Source of the DNA: Scenedesmus sp. PABB004
Lineage: Eukaryota
Assembly (NCBI GenBank): GCA_014905635.1
Contig: JABVCE010000044.1
Span: forward strand, 1-64,000
Direction: 5' to 3'
Length of the DNA stretch: 64,000 bases
Part shown: positions 44,837 to 62,168 of the stretch, piece by piece
How positions within the stretch are numbered: position 1 is the first letter of the stretch
How the letters are laid out: each line of letters opens with the position of its first letter
Notes under the pieces: model-generated
What the model was told of the DNA's origin: nothing
Seen by the model: the letters and a program-made list of their open reading frames with translations, nothing else
Database searches by the model: none
Translations under genes and position numbers: made by a program

Positions 44837-46899
44837 CTACGACCCCGCCGCCGCCGCGCGGCCCTTGCGGGTGGCGTCGTAGCCCGCGTGCGTGACAGCG
44901 TACTTGGCGAGCAGGTGCTCGCCCGCCGTCGTCGGCGCGTAGCGCGGCGGCCGGTCGGGCGCGACGCAGCAGGGGAGGCACTCCACGCGCGTGGCAAAGC
45001 TGGGCTCGAAGAAAAAGGGCATCGAGTAGCGCTCACGCCCTGGCGCGGGCGGCGCGAGCGCACGGCGTGAGCCGGCGCGAGCCGGCGCGAGCGCTCGGCA
45101 CGAGCGCGGCGCGAGCGCGCGGCGCGAGCGCGCGGCGCGGGCGCGGCGCGGGCGCGGGCGCGCGAGCGCGGCCGGCGCGGCGGCGCCGGCGGCGGCGCAC
45201 CCGTGGAGTTGATCACGCGGTGCAGCGTCGACTTGAACAGCCCGTTGGTCCAGCTGCAGCGCGCGCGCGCGGGAGCGGCGCTCGGCGCGGGGCCGCGGCG
45301 CGCGCCGCCGCTGCGGCCGCGCCGCGCGCTGCGACCCCGCGCATGCGGGGCGGGGCGGCGCACCGCTCCAGCATGTCCCCCAGGTTTATGATGTACGCCC
45401 GGGGCACGTGCGGCACCGCGTGCCAGGCGCCGTGCACGTGGATCTGCGTGCATGCGGCGCGGCGCGCGCGCCACAGCGTCGCCGGCCGCGCGCTGGCGGC
45501 GGCGCGCGGCGGCGCGCGGCGGCGCGCAGCTGTCGCGCGGCCGCGCCGTGCCTGCAGCCCCGGCTCCCCGTCTGTGAGCAGGAGGGTGAGCATGCCGTAG
45601 TCGGTGTGGGCGCCGGCCCCAAACACGCCAAGCTCCGGCGCCGACGCCTCGGCGGCGTAGTGCAGCGGCCGCAGCGACATGATCGGCGACGTGAAGTGCT
45701 GGTCAAACCACTCCGCCTCCAGGCCCTGCGGCGGGGGGAGAGCCCTGGGCCAGCGCTCGCTCGCGGCGCGCGTGGGCGCGCGCGGCCGCCGCCGCTGCGC
45801 GCAGGCGTCGCCCCGCCGGGGCTCACCAGCGCCAGCGCCAGCAGCCGCAGCAGCCGCCTGCGCGCGCGTGCGGCGCGGCCGCGCGCGTGGGCGGCCACGG
45901 CCGGCGGCGGCGGCGGCGGCGGCAGCACTGCGCGCCGCGCGCGGCCGCGCTGCTGCGCGCCCGCCAGCGCGCTCACCGCGCCAGCGCCTCGGCCGCCCCG
46001 AAGTAGGCCGTGACGGTCGCGCGGAACCCCGGCACCAGCGCCTCGGGCGGCCACTGGTTGGGGCCGTGCAGCGGCAGCCGGCCCTCCTCGCTGTCGCGCG
46101 CGACCTCCCTGCGGCGCCGGCGCCGCCGCCGCGGCGGGCGGTCGCCGGCGCGCCAACGCGGCTGCAGCGCGCCCGCCGGTCCCGCCGTTGCATAAAACCC
46201 CAGCCCTAAACCCGCGTCCCTGCCGAGGCGGTGCACCGCACCTGCCGAAATAAAATCCCTCCTTCGTGTCCCCCCGGCTCTGCGCGGCGGGGTCCAGCGT
46301 CTCCTCTGCAAACGGCGTGTCTGCGCGGCGGGGCGCGGCGGCGGCGGCGCGCGGGGCGGTCGGGCCCCGCAGCCGCGCCCGCTGCGCTATTCCCCCCGCC
46401 CCCCTGCCGCCTCCCCGCGGGCGAGGGCTGGCTCACAGCCGCGGTTGTTCTCGTCCGCCAGCATCGCCGCCTTGGCCTCCGCCGGCATCGCAAACGCGCC
46501 GCGCACGGCCGCCCAGGTGCGGTCGACCAGCTCCGGCGGCACGCCGTGCCCCGTCACTGCCGCGGGGAGCGGCGGCGGGGAGCGGGGCGCGGCGGCGTGG
46601 GGCGGCGCGGCGGCGGGCGCACGAGCGCGGCGCCACCATCGCCGCTCGCTGCAAAAAAAATGGGGCGCAGCGCTGCACCCACCCAGGAAGAAGCCGCTGT
46701 CGGTGCATGCCTGGCGCACGAGCTCCGCGGCCTCCGCCTCGGGCAGGGACACGTCGATGAGCGGCACCAGTGGCGCCGGCGGCGCCGCCTGCTGCGTGCG
46801 CGGCGGTGCGCTGCGTGCGTGCGCCTGCTGCGTGCGCGGCGCGGCGCGGCGACGGCGGTCGGCGCGGGCGCAGAGGCGCCGGCGTCGCACCTGCTCCAT
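44837..46899 (-). CDS. 2-oxoglutarate/Fe(II)-dependent oxygenase (DIOX_N plus 2OG-FeII_Oxy, IPNS-like)
   Basis: VPLIDVS, QACTDSGFFLVTGHGV, LHGPNQWP, LRPLHY, GAHTDYGMLTLL (HxD), INLGDMLERWTNGLFKSTLHRV, RYSMPFFFEP (RxS). Confidence 0.92.
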
Positions 46900-47040
46900 G
46901 CTGAGCGCCGCCTGTCGCTGCCGCGCGCCGCGCACTGCTGCCGCTGCTGCCGCTGCCGCCGCAAAAAGTGGGCGGGGCGCTGCGGTGCTATGGCGCGCGC
47001 GGGGGACGTCGGTTCGTCCCGAGCGTTGGGGCCGGGCGCG

Positions 47041-47096
47041 TTTGGCGGCGTCCTGAGTCCTGCGCGGTTCGGTTTGAGCTGCCCCCCGAGTTCAAA
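47041..47096 (+). promoter_or_regulatory. E2F-like TTTGGCGG (47041) and CHR-like TTCAAA (47091) in the MCM3 / oxygenase divergent promoter
   Basis: Motif matches only; consistent with S-phase regulation of MCM genes. Confidence 0.35.
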
Positions 47097-47422
47097 CCTG
47101 GGCCGCGCGCCCGCCCCGCCGCGCCGCCCCCGCATCCGCCCCCGACATCCCGAGCACCTCCGTGCCCCGCGCCGCGTGCGCAGGCTTCGGCGCCTCTCCC
47201 CGCTCCCGCGCCCCGCCCCCGCGCGCACGCCGGCGCTGCTGGCGCGGCGGCCCGTCCGTCGGCTGCGGAAGCGACCGTGACAGCCCCCGCCCGCGCAGCG
47301 CGCCGCGGCGTCGCGGATCGGCGCGCCACCGCGCCCGCATCGCGCCGCGGCCTCGCCGCGCCCGTCACCGCGCCCCCGAGCCGCCTCGCCGCGCCGGCGC
47401 GCCGCGTCGGCCGTCCGGTGCC

Positions 47423-51762
<4,340 letters not shown>

Positions 51763-52143
51763 GGCGGCCGCGGCTGAGCAGCGCGGGCGCGGGGGCGCGG
51801 GGGCTCGCGCGGTTACGAGGGCGCGGCGGCGGGCGGCTGGGTGCGTTGTACAGTCGGCGGGGCGGGCGGGACGGCGCGAGGTCACGCCGCGAGGCAACCA
51901 CTGTTTCGCGTCGTGCGAGAGGCCGACCAAGCTCTGCGCTGTGTGAAGACGCGCGGTCGGCGGCAAGCGCGGCTCCGCTTGTCACGCGGCGGCGGCGTTC
52001 AGGTCGCACAGCACGCCGCCGCGCCCGCCAGCCGCGCCGCGACGCCGCGCGCGCCAGCGCAGCCGCGCACACGCCGCGCACTCCGCCAACCTCTGCCGCC
52101 GACGACCCAGCGGCCTGCCGCCCGCGCGAGACGACCCGCAGCC

Positions 52144-54147
52144 ATGCGTGCCAGCGCGGCTCGCGCCAGCCAGGCCCTGCGGCTGGGCGCGGCGGCCGCC
52201 TGGCCCGCGGCGGGGGCGCAGCAGCAGCGGCGGGCGCCGCGCCGGCGCAGGCGTGCGCCCTCTCAGACGCGCGGTCCTACCACGTGGCGCGGCTGGCGTC
52301 TCGGGGCGTGATCAGCCTGGCGGGGGCGCTGCCGGAGGCCGTGGCGTTCCTGCAGGCGCGCAGCGGCCCGGCGGCAGCGGGGGCGGCCGCACCGCCCCAC
52401 GCCGCCGCAACGCGCACCGCAGGGCATGACCACCAACGACGTGCGCCCCCTGGAGCAGCCGGGTGCGAAGCGTGGCGGCCGCTGCCAGCGGCGCGGCGCC
52501 CGTGCGCCGCGGCCCGGCGCGCGCCGCCGACCGCTCCGCGCACGCCTGCGCCCGCCCGCGCCGCGCAGGCGCCGGGCCCATCTACACCGTGCTGCTCACG
52601 GCCAAGGGCAAGTACCTGCACGACCTGTTCGCCTACAGCTTGCCGGGTGGGCGGACGCGGGCGGCCGGCGGCGGGGCGGGCGGGCGGCGCCCTGCGGCGG
52701 CGGCCCCTTGCGCGGCCGCGGCCCGCGCGCCGCCGGCGCGCGTGCCAGCCGCTGCGCCGCGCCGCGGCGCCCCCGCCCCCGCGCCGCCCCGCCGCGCCGC
52801 AGGCCCCGAGCCGCGCCTGCTGCTGGACGTCCACGCGGCGGGGCTGCCCAGCGCGCTCGCGTGGCTCGGGCGGTACAAGCTGCGGCGGCCGCTGGTGCTG
52901 GAGGACGCGAGCCGCGAGTTTGCGGTGTGGGCGGCCTTTGGCGGCGACCTGCGCGCCGGCGGCGCAGGTGCGCGCGCGCGCGTGCGCGGCGCACGCGGCC
53001 GCGGCGGCGGGGAGGGCTCACGCGACCTGGCGCCCCCGCCGGCCACGCGCAGGCCAGTGGCGGCAGGACCCGCGCCTGCCGGCGCTGGGCGTGCGGGGCG
53101 TATTCGACGCGCAGACGCTGCCGCCGCCGCCGGCCGGCGGCGGCGCGGGCGGCAGCCGCAAGCAGGCGGCCGCCGGCATGGCGGTCGTCGGCGAGGAGGC
53201 GTTTGCGCGCTGGCGCTACGAGCTGGGCGTGCCGGAGGGCGACGCAGACATACCCACAGGCGCGCGCGTGCGCGCGTGGCGCCGCGCCGCCGGGGAGCCC
53301 TCCTCCGCAGCCCCGCCGCCTCGCCCCTGGCGCCGCCGCCAACGGCGCTGGCGCCGCCGCGCAGGCGAGGTCGCGCCGCTGGAGGTCAACCTGGACGCGC
53401 TGGCGGGCATAAGCTACGCCAAGGGCTGCTACATCGGCCAGGCATGGCGGCAGCAGCGGCGGCGCGCGGCCGTCGAGCGGCCGCTGCGCGGCCCCTGCGG
53501 CGCGCGCCGAGCGCGCCCCGCCACGCTGCCGCCGCCGCGCAACCTCCCCTCGTGCAGGAGCGCAATAGCTTCACTCACTTCCGGGGCGTCATCCGCAAGC
53601 GCCTCATGCCCGTGGCCCTGCCCGGCCTCGCCGACGGCGCGCGTGAGCGCCGGCGCAGCGCGCGGCGCCAGAGGGCCGGGAGGGAGGGAGGGAGGGAAAG
53701 GGGGGGGGGGGGGGTTCCGCCGCGGTCGGCACCCGCGGCAGCTCGCTGACGCCCGCGCTGACGCCCGCGCGCCGCGCAGGCCTGCCCTGCCCGGTGCCGA
53801 TCGTCGCCGCCGGCGGCGGCGCGCCCGCCGGCGGCGCGTCGTCCCGCCGCGGCGGCGCGGTGGGCGTGCTGACGGGACACGTCGGCGACGCGGGCATCGC
53901 GTACGTCAAGCTCGCGCCGGCGCTGGCCGCCGCCGCGGCGGACGGCGAGGGCGGCGCGGCGCTGCAGCTGCAGCTGGAGGGCGCGCCGCCGCAGCCGGTG
54001 CTGCCGGTGCGGCCCGGCTGGTGGCCCGCGGAGTGGGGGCGCGAGGAGGGGGCCCCGAGGGCGGCGCGGGCGCGGGGCCAGGCGCGCAGGCGTGACGCGG
54101 GCAAGGGGCGCGCGGCGCCCGCCGGCTGCAGGCGGCAGTCGGGGTAA
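52144..54147 (+). CDS. IBA57: IBA57/YgfZ (GcvT-like folate-binding) Fe-S cluster assembly factor, probably mitochondrial
   Basis: RGVISLAG..AVAFLQGMTTNDV, LLTAKGKYLHD, YKLRR, DPRLPALGVRG, PLEVNLDALAGISYAKGCYIGQE, FRGVIRKRLMP; Arg/Ala-rich presequence; apparent frameshift near 52230; true stop may be 54095. Confidence 0.9.
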
Positions 54148-54167
54148 GCGCGGCCACTGCCCGCACG

Positions 54168-54207
54168 GATCGATCGCTCATGAGCGATGTAGCTTGATCA
54201 AGCTACA
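54168..54207. repeat. Overlapping perfect palindromes (8, 16 and 20 bp) between convergent genes
   Basis: GATCGATC 54168-54175; ATCGCTCATGAGCGAT 54173-54188; TGTAGCTTGATCAAGCTACA 54188-54207. Confidence 0.9.
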
Positions 54208-54312
54208 CAACCGCGGCCGCGCCGGCGCCGCCGCCAGCTGCAGTCCCGCTGCAGCGCCCCCCGCCCGCCCGCCCCGCCGCCCCTCTGCCTAGACAGTCAG
54301 AGGGGCCCCTCC

Positions 54313-56733
54313 CTACAGCGACCAGGTGCCGGAGCGGGCAGAGTAGGCCGGCAGGCCGTAGCTGGGCAGGCCGACCGCCGCGCCGGCGCGGCGGCGCGCG
54401 CAGCGCGCGCACAGCGCGACGCCGACGAGCGCGAAGAACACGCCCGCCGCGCCGGCGGACGCGCCGAGCAGCAGCATCCCCTGCGCGACCACGCTGCGCG
54501 CGCCGACCCAGCAGCAGGCCATGACCTCCTCAGCAGCGTCGAGCTGGTCGTCCAGCCCACTGCACAGCGCCGCGACCGCGGGCAGCAGGCGCTCGCCGAC
54601 CGTCGCGTCGGCGGTCTTGAAGTCGTGCTGCGCGGGCGGGTCGGAGCGGCGCGGCGCGGGCGCAGGCTCGGTCAGGTGGGCGGGCGGCGGGCAGGCCCCG
54701 TGCGCCTGCGTGGGCGCCCCGGCGGCAAGAGGCGCACCGCCGCCCACGCCCACCCGCACCACACACGCGCCCGCCCGCCCGCACCGCCCCACACCTCCCC
54801 ACGCCGCCCCGGGCGGTGTCCTCCGCACCGTGAACATGTCCATGGCCAGCTCCTCCACCAGCGTGCTCACGTTGGACAGCGCGCCCTCGAGCGCCGCGAC
54901 GACGTCGGGGCGCAGCGTGGTGTTGAACCCGTGCCGCGTGCTGCGCGCGGTGTGGCGCGGCGGCGCGGGTCAGGTCACGGCGGCGGCGGGGCAGGCGGCC
55001 TAGGTGCGCGCCGCGTGCGCACACCTCGCGACGGTGTCGAGCCAGTGGCGGTGCGCGTCGCGCATGCCGGCCGCCTCCCAGGGCCCCGCAAAGTGGTGGG
55101 CGATGAACGCGTCGACCGCGTCGAGCTGGTGCTGCAGCTGCCGCAGCGCCGCGCTCACGTGCGCGAGCAGCTCGTTGCGCCGCGCCGCGTTCTGCGGCGC
55201 AGCGCGCCGCGCCGGCGGTCAGCGCGCCGGCGTGCGGCCGGCGGCCTTCCCGCCGCAGGCCGCGCAGTCCTCGTACGCGCCCGCGGCGCGTCCTCAGCCC
55301 ACCTGCATGATCTCGCTCACGCCGTCGTAGTTGGAGTAGGGCCCAAACGGCGTCGCGCCGCACGCCCAGCGCCAGTCGTTCTCCTGCCGCCCCAGCCCCG
55401 GCTCAAAGTGGCGGTATGGCGGGACGACGCCTGCGCGCGTGCACGAGGGGCGGGGCGGGTGGTGGTGGTGGCGGTGATGGTGGTGTGTGTGTGTGTGTGG
55501 GGGGGGGGGGGGGGCGGGCAGCCGCGCGCGCGCACGCGCGCGGCGGCAGGCCGCGGGCACCGCACCGGCGAGCGCCTGCGCGAGCCCCGCGACCACGTGG
55601 CGCGTCGACTTTGCGCCGTCGAGCACGACGCGACGGCCGTTGGCCATGTGGCCCGTGAAAAAGTCGTCGGGCCCGCCCCACCTGCGCGGCGCGGCGTGTG
55701 TGGTGTGTGTGTGTCGTGTGTGTGCGTGTGTGTGAGGGGGGGGGGGGGAGCACAGAGCGCATGCTGGCGGCCGCCCGGCGCGCGCGCGGCGCGTGCGGCG
55801 TGCGCGGCGCGCGCACTTGCTGCCGTGGCGCAGCTGCAGCACCACCACGGCGTCGTGGTCCGCCGCGACCAGCTCCCTGCGGCGCGCACAGCGGCCGCGT
55901 CGCGCGCGCGCGTGCTGAAGCGCGCCGCGCCGCCACCGCCCCCCCCCCCCCCCCACACACACACACAAACGCCGCCGCGGCGCCGCGCAGCCGCCGCCGC
56001 CGCCGCCGCGGCCGCCCCGCGGCGCGCCTGTTTGCGAGCACCACGTCCTCTGGGTGGTTCTCAAGCGCGAGCACAAACACGGGCACCACGCGCGTGCCCT
56101 CGTGCCGCAGCTGCGCGATGTGGTGCTCGTCGTCCTTGCCCATCGTGTGCGCGACGGCTGGGCCGGCGGGTGCGGCGGGGCGGCAGGCGCGCGCGGGTCG
56201 GGGCGGGGTCGGCGGGCGATCGCGCGCGCCGCTGCAGCCGGCGTGGGCGTGCGGGCGCGGGCGCCGCCGCGGAGCGCGCGCGCGGGCGGCAGGGGCGCCG
56301 CCGCGCGCGGGCACGCACTGACGAGGCCGTGCGTGAGCATGTCGGCGGCGCGCTCGACCTCCTGCAGCAGCACCTCTGGGTCGATGAACGTGTGGCTGTT
56401 GCTGTGCATCCCAACCTCCGCGCTCTTGTGGTCGCGGCTGCCTGGCACGTCGACGACTGCCTGCGCCGGCGGCGGCGGCGCGCGCGCGTCGAGCGCGGCC
56501 GCGCGGCGCGCGCAGGCAAGCGGCGCGCGCGCGCGCGCCGCGCACCTCGCTGTGGCTGCGCGTCGCCTTGTGCAGCGCGGCGGCGAGCTGCTTGTGCGCG
56601 TGGAGCTCGTGCTGGCTGGTGATGACGACCGCCTCCTGACCCTCGCCGAGCAGGTGCGCGAGCGCGGCCTCGACGTGCGTGACGTTGATGCCCCAATAGT
56701 TCTCCTGTGTGTGGTGGTGGGCGGGGAGGGAGC

Positions 56734-56792
<59 letters not shown>

Positions 56793-58404
56793 AGGGAGAG
56801 GGAGAGGGAGAGAGAGAGAGAGAGGGAGAGAGAGAGAGGGGGGGGGGGGGAGAGGGAGAGGGAGAGAGGGGCAGAGGGAACCAGCCGGCCAGCGGCGTGC
56901 GGGGTGGAGACGGGGCGCCCAGCCATCGCACCTGCGTGGCCGCCATCGCGTCGTCCGGCGAGATGGGCCGGTCCGAGAGCACGACCAGCGGCACCTGCGC
57001 GGCGCAGCGGCCGCGTCGGTGGCGCCGCGCGTCGCGTCGCGCGCGCGCCTGCGGCAGCCACCCGGGCACGCCGCGCCCCGCGCCGCGCGCGCACGCACCA
57101 GCACGGTCTTGGCCTGCTCCAGGTGCTGGCTGGCCATGTCTGGGATGAACGCCGCCTTCACGCCCGCCGCGAGCACCGCGGCGAGCCGGCCCGCAAGCAG
57201 CGTCACCGCGCCGCGGTCGGCCGCGGCGCCCGCGGCCTCGCGCACCGTCTGCTGGTGCGGCGCGTCGCGCAGCTGCTGCTGCAGCTCCTCGTACGTCGCC
57301 TGACCCCAGCAGCGTGGCGGCGGCGGCGGCGGTGGCGGCGGGGGCAGCTAAGCGCCAGCGCGCGCACTCGACCGCCGCCGCCGCGCGGGCCCGGCTGCAG
57401 CCGCCGCCGCCGCCGCCGCCGCCGCGGCGCGCCCTCCGCACCCGGATGCTGGGCAGGCCCTCCGGCGTCGCCGCGCCGCCGGCGCTGACGAGGGGCCCGT
57501 ACGTGGTGGGGCCGGCGGCGAGGTCCACCACCAGGTAGCTCCGGCTGCTGTGCCAGACCGCTGCCTCGCCGACGCCGTTGTACTGGTACCTGGCGTGGGC
57601 CGTGCGGGCGCGGCGCGGGCACGTGGGCCGTGCGGGCGCGTGGGCCGTGCGGGCGCGGCGCGGCGCGGCGCGGGACGGCGGCGGCGACGGCGCGGCGCCC
57701 CGCGCGTGCGTGCGTGCGTGCGTGCGTGCGGGTGGGCGCCGCCGCCGCACCGGTAGATGTACCCCGCCTCCTCGGCCTCCAGCTTGGCGCCGTCGTAGTT
57801 GCCCCTGCCGCGGCGCGGCGGCGGCATGCAGCAGGCCGTCACCGGCCGCCCGCGCCGTGCCACGCCGCCGCCCGCGCCGCCCGCGCCGCGCCGCGCGCCC
57901 GCGCCGCTCACTGCTGCCACATCTCCAGGAAGTTGGGCGGCCGGTGCGACGCCGCCTCGGGCGGGCCGTCCGGCTGCATGCGCACCTGCGGCGCCGCGCG
58001 GCGCGGGCGGGGCGCCGTCGGGCGCGCGGCGCGGCGCCTCCGCGGCGTCTGCCCCGCTGCCGCCGCTGCCCTGCCCGGCACGCCGCGCGCCCCGCTCCCT
58101 GCTTACCTTGCTGGGGTTAATGACGAAGATTGTGTTGTGCCGGTGCCACAGGTCGCCCGCGCCCCGCCGCGCGCCGCCGACCACGACGCTGCCCGTGCCC
58201 GTCACGCCGCCGAGCCCGTTGGCGCCACCGGCGCCGCCCCCCGCCGCGGCGCCGCCGTCGCCGCCGCCGTCCGTATCGTCCGCCTCGGCGTAGAGGTGCT
58301 CCAGGAACTCGTTGAACAACGGCTCCATGGCCGACGCCTCGACGGTGTAATACTTGCGCTGCCCGCCCGCTGACGGGGGCAGCAGCGGCGCGCAGCGTCG
58401 GCGT

Positions 58405-58437
<33 letters not shown>

Positions 58438-59324
58438 GGCGGCGGCGGCGGCGGCGCGGCGCGGCGCGCACCGGCGGTCTCGTCGAACGCGGCGTGCGAC
58501 TGCCGCGCGTTGGCCTTGATGTGGGCCTCCAGCCGCCGCAGCAGCACGCCGACCTGCGCGCGCCGCGGCGCGTCGGCAGGCGCGGCCCGTGCGGCACGCG
58601 CGCCGCGGCCCCGCACGCCGCGCGTGCTGAGCCCCCGCGTGCCGCGGCCCCAGTGGCCGCACCGTCGTCTCTTCGTTGCCACCGATGACCTGGAAGTTGA
58701 CGTGCATGCACACGCCCAGCTCCTCCTCCGTCTCCCAGCTGTAGGGGCAGTACCACTGCGTGGGTGTGGGTGTGGGCGTGGGTGTCGGAGGGCGGGTGTG
58801 GGTGGGTGTGGAGGTGGGCGCAGACGGCAGCGGCGGTTAGCCAGGCCAGCCAGGCGCGGCGCGCGGCGCGGCAGTGCGCGTGCGCGCCTGCAGGTGCGTG
58901 CTGAGCAGGCTGAGCAGGCGCTCGGGCTTGAGCTGGTGCCCGTAGCCGCCCTCGCCGTCAAAGCCCACCAGCACGACGTCCACCTCGATCGGCACCACCA
59001 GCTCCTGCGGCGGCCGCCGCGCCGCGCGCGCTCGCGGGCTCGCCGCCGGCACGGTGGCGGCGGCGGCGGCGGCGGCAGCGCAGCCGCCCGCCGCCCGCCG
59101 CAGCAGCGCCGCCCCTCCCTGCACCCCGCACGCACCGAGCTGGTGTCCTCGAGGTACTGCCGCGCCGCGGAGCGCGCCTTGATGCGGCTCACGTCCACCA
59201 CGCGGCGCCACTTGCGGGCGTCCTGGCGCCTGAGCACGCGGTCCGGCGCCGGCAGCGCTGCCGCCGCCGCGAGGCAGCCCGCGAGCAGCAGCAGCGCGAG
59301 CCCGCCGCGCCGCGGCGCCGCCAT
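54313..59324 (-). CDS. Conserved uncharacterised type-I membrane protein resembling the plant At5g58100 family
   Basis: Signal peptide MAAPRRGGLALLLLAGCLAAAAA; VPIEVDVVLVGFDGEG; YLVVDLAAGPTTYGP; TRVVPVFVLAL; DWRWACGATPFGP; C-terminal TM GAAGVFFALVGVALC. Family match is from memory and was not searched. Confidence 0.7.
56734..56870. repeat. Compound (TG)n/(GA)n/poly-G microsatellite in an intron
   Basis: Read directly. Confidence 0.9.
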
Positions 59325-59760
59325 GCCGACGCGGGTGCGGCTGCGGCAGCTCTCTCTTCTGGGCGGCCGCGCGGCGCTCCGATCGGGCGGGCGGTCGCGG
59401 GCGCCGCACGCGCTCAGAGCCGACGCCGCCGCTGCTGCTGCGCCGCGCGTCGATCCATCCAGGCCCTGCCGGGGCGGCGATCGATGCGCAGTACTGGTGC
59501 CGGGGTGCGGAGAACTGATGCCGGGCCGCGGTGGGCAGGAGAGACGCGCGACAGGCCGCGAGGGCACAACTGAACACTGCTGCAGCCAGCGGTCTGCGGG
59601 CGTGTCTCCGCGCGTCCCGACGCCACTCCCGGCCCGCCCCCCGCACGATCGTCCCGCCCGACCTGCCCTGTCGCGCGTGCGGCGCAGCAGCTGCGCCACA
59701 GGCATTGCACGCACGCCACCGCCCGCCCGCCGGCCGCCCGGCCCCGCCGATTGCTCGCCC

Positions 59761-61971
59761 ATGGCTGCCACGCCGCCCGCCGCGCTGTCGGAGCTGCGCC
59801 TCGCCGACGGCGACGCCGGCGCGCCGCGCGGCGGCGCCGCTGCTGCCGGCGCGGGCGCCTGCGCCGCGGAGCCGCCGCCGACGCCCGCGGCGCTGCACAA
59901 CCCGGCCTGCCTGGCCGCCATCTTCGCCTCCTACGACGAGGAGGCGGACCTCGCGCGCGCGGGCGCCGTGTGCCGGCTCTGGCGCGGCGTTCTGGAGGCA
60001 GACGACGTCTGGCGCGCAGTCTACCGCCGCCGCCTGCCGCCGCCGCAGCCGCACGAGGCCGTCGGCAGGTGCGGGGCGGCGCGCGGGTGCCGCGGCGGCG
60101 CCGCCGCGGCGCCGCCGGCCCGCGCCGGGGGCGCATGGACGCGCGGCGCGCCACGTTCGCGGCCGCCGCCGACCGCCGACCGCCGACCCGCCGCCGCAGC
60201 TACCGCGCCCAGTTCCGGCGCCTGCGCGGCCTGCTCGACCTGGCAGCGCCGGCGCCGACCGCGCTCAAGGGCCAGGCGCTGTGCTTCAACGCGGCGACGC
60301 GCCAGCTCGTGAGCTTTGCGGCGCGGCAGCGCATGCTCTCGGTGCAGGCGCCCGACGGCAGCATCCGGTCGGAGCTCACCGACCTCGACGGCGCCGGCAC
60401 CGCGCACCGCCCGCTGCTGGCGTCGTCGGGCAGCGAGCTCGTCGTGCTGGCGGCGTTCGACGGCGCGCTGCAGGTGCGAGCACACGAGCGCGATGTGCCG
60501 CGGCGCGCGCGCACCCGAGCGCAGGAGAGGAGAGCGCGCATGCATGCGCGGCTGCGCGCGGCCCACCGCGGCGCCGCCGGCGCCGCCGGCGCCGCCGCCC
60601 GCGCGCAGCTGTGGGACGCGGCGGCGTGCCGCCCCGCGGGCGTGCTGGGGCGGCACCCAGGGTTCATTACCAGCCTCGCGGCGAGCGGGGCGCTCGTGGC
60701 GTCGACGTGCAGCGCCGAGCTGCGGCTCTGGGACCTGGCCAGCCGCACGTGCCTCTTCCAGGTCCCCATCGGGCTGCCCATGCCGTCGCCGATGCTGGAG
60801 CCGCACGTCGCGGTGTGCGCGGGCCAGGAGCTGCTCGCGCTGGCCAACTGCGCCGCGCCAGCGCCGAGCAGCGCCGTCAAAATCTACTCGACGCGCCCCG
60901 CCGGCGGCAGCGGCGGCGGCGGCGGCGGCCGGCCCGTCCGCGGCGGCCGCGCCGCGCCGGCGCCGCCGCCGCCGCCGCCGGGCGCGGTCGCGGTCGGCAG
61001 CAGCGCGGGGCCGGACGCGAGCGGCGCGCTGCTGCTGCGCGAGCTGCCGGTCAACGCGGCGGCCGACATGCAGCTCCTCCCGGGGCTGCTGCTCGTCGCG
61101 AGCGCCTTCCACGGCCGCTCCGTGAGCGTCAACTCGCCGCACAAGAGCGAGCGGCCCTTCACCGTGGTCGTGCACATCTGGGACACGCAGCGCTGGCAGC
61201 TCACGCGCCTCGTGTCGCCCAGGCGCGCGCGCGCGCGGGCCTGCCGTCCCTAACGCTCATGCGCCCACGCGCCCACGCGCCCACGCGCCCACGCGCCCGC
61301 GCGCCCTCGCGCCCACGCCCCGCTGCGCGGCGCGCAGGCTGTGGACCGACTATCCGGCGTTCACCATGGCCGGCACGCCGCTCATCTGCCTCACCCAGGG
61401 CCTGCTGCTCTGCGCGACACTGCGTTCGGGCGCGACCGCCGCGCCGCCGAGCTGCAGCGTGCATGCGTGGGTGCTGCCGCCGGCGATCGCGCGGGCGGGC
61501 CACGACGATGACGGGCCGCCGTCGGAGCGCGACGGCGGCGGCGGCGGCGGCGGCAGCGGGCTGCGCCTGCTCTCGGTCAGCCCCAGCAAGGCCGGCGGCA
61601 TGGCGTCCGCGGCCGCCGCCGGCGGCCGCCGCGCGCCCGAAGCGTTTGGCGAGGGCGCGATGGCACTCGGCCGGGCGGCGGTCGCGGCGGCGGGCGGCGC
61701 CGGGGGCGCGGGCGTGTCGGCGGCGAACACCGTCATGCTCGCCGTGTCGGACCAGGAGCGCGACGCGTGGCTGCCGATCCTCGACGACACGCAGGGCCGG
61801 CTCACGGTGCTGCTGACCACGCCCACGCAGCTGGCGATGGCGACCGAGGCGGGGCAGGTGCTCAGCTGCCCGCTGCTCGAACTGGGCGAGCCGACGCCAG
61901 CGCCGCCGGGCGGCGCGGCGGGCGCGGGCGACGACCAGGCCGTCACGGGCGTGGCCGTCTTCCTGGGCTGA
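59761..61971 (+). CDS. F-box / WD40-like beta-propeller protein
   Basis: F-box-like CLAAIFASY..DLARAGAVCRLWRGVLEADDVWR; WD-like AFDGALQLWD, GRHPGFITSLAASGALVASTCSAELRLWD and VHIWD. Confidence 0.75.
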
Positions 61972-62168
61972 GTGAGTGCTGGAACCGTGGAACCGAGTGT
62001 GGCGGCAGGTTTGGCGGCAGTGCCGCGACAGTGATGCGACCGGCGCACAGTCACACGCGTGCGCCTGCCCTCTGGTCGTCCACCCCGCCACACTCGCACC
62101 GATCACACCTCCCTCTTCCGAGCTGTTCCGCGCAGCCTGCACGCGGTCGCCGCAGCCCCGCGCTAAAG

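Noticed and set aside
47010..47100. GGTTCG and GTTCAAA as a tRNA T-loop
   Set aside because: No cloverleaf or acceptor stem can be formed around them.
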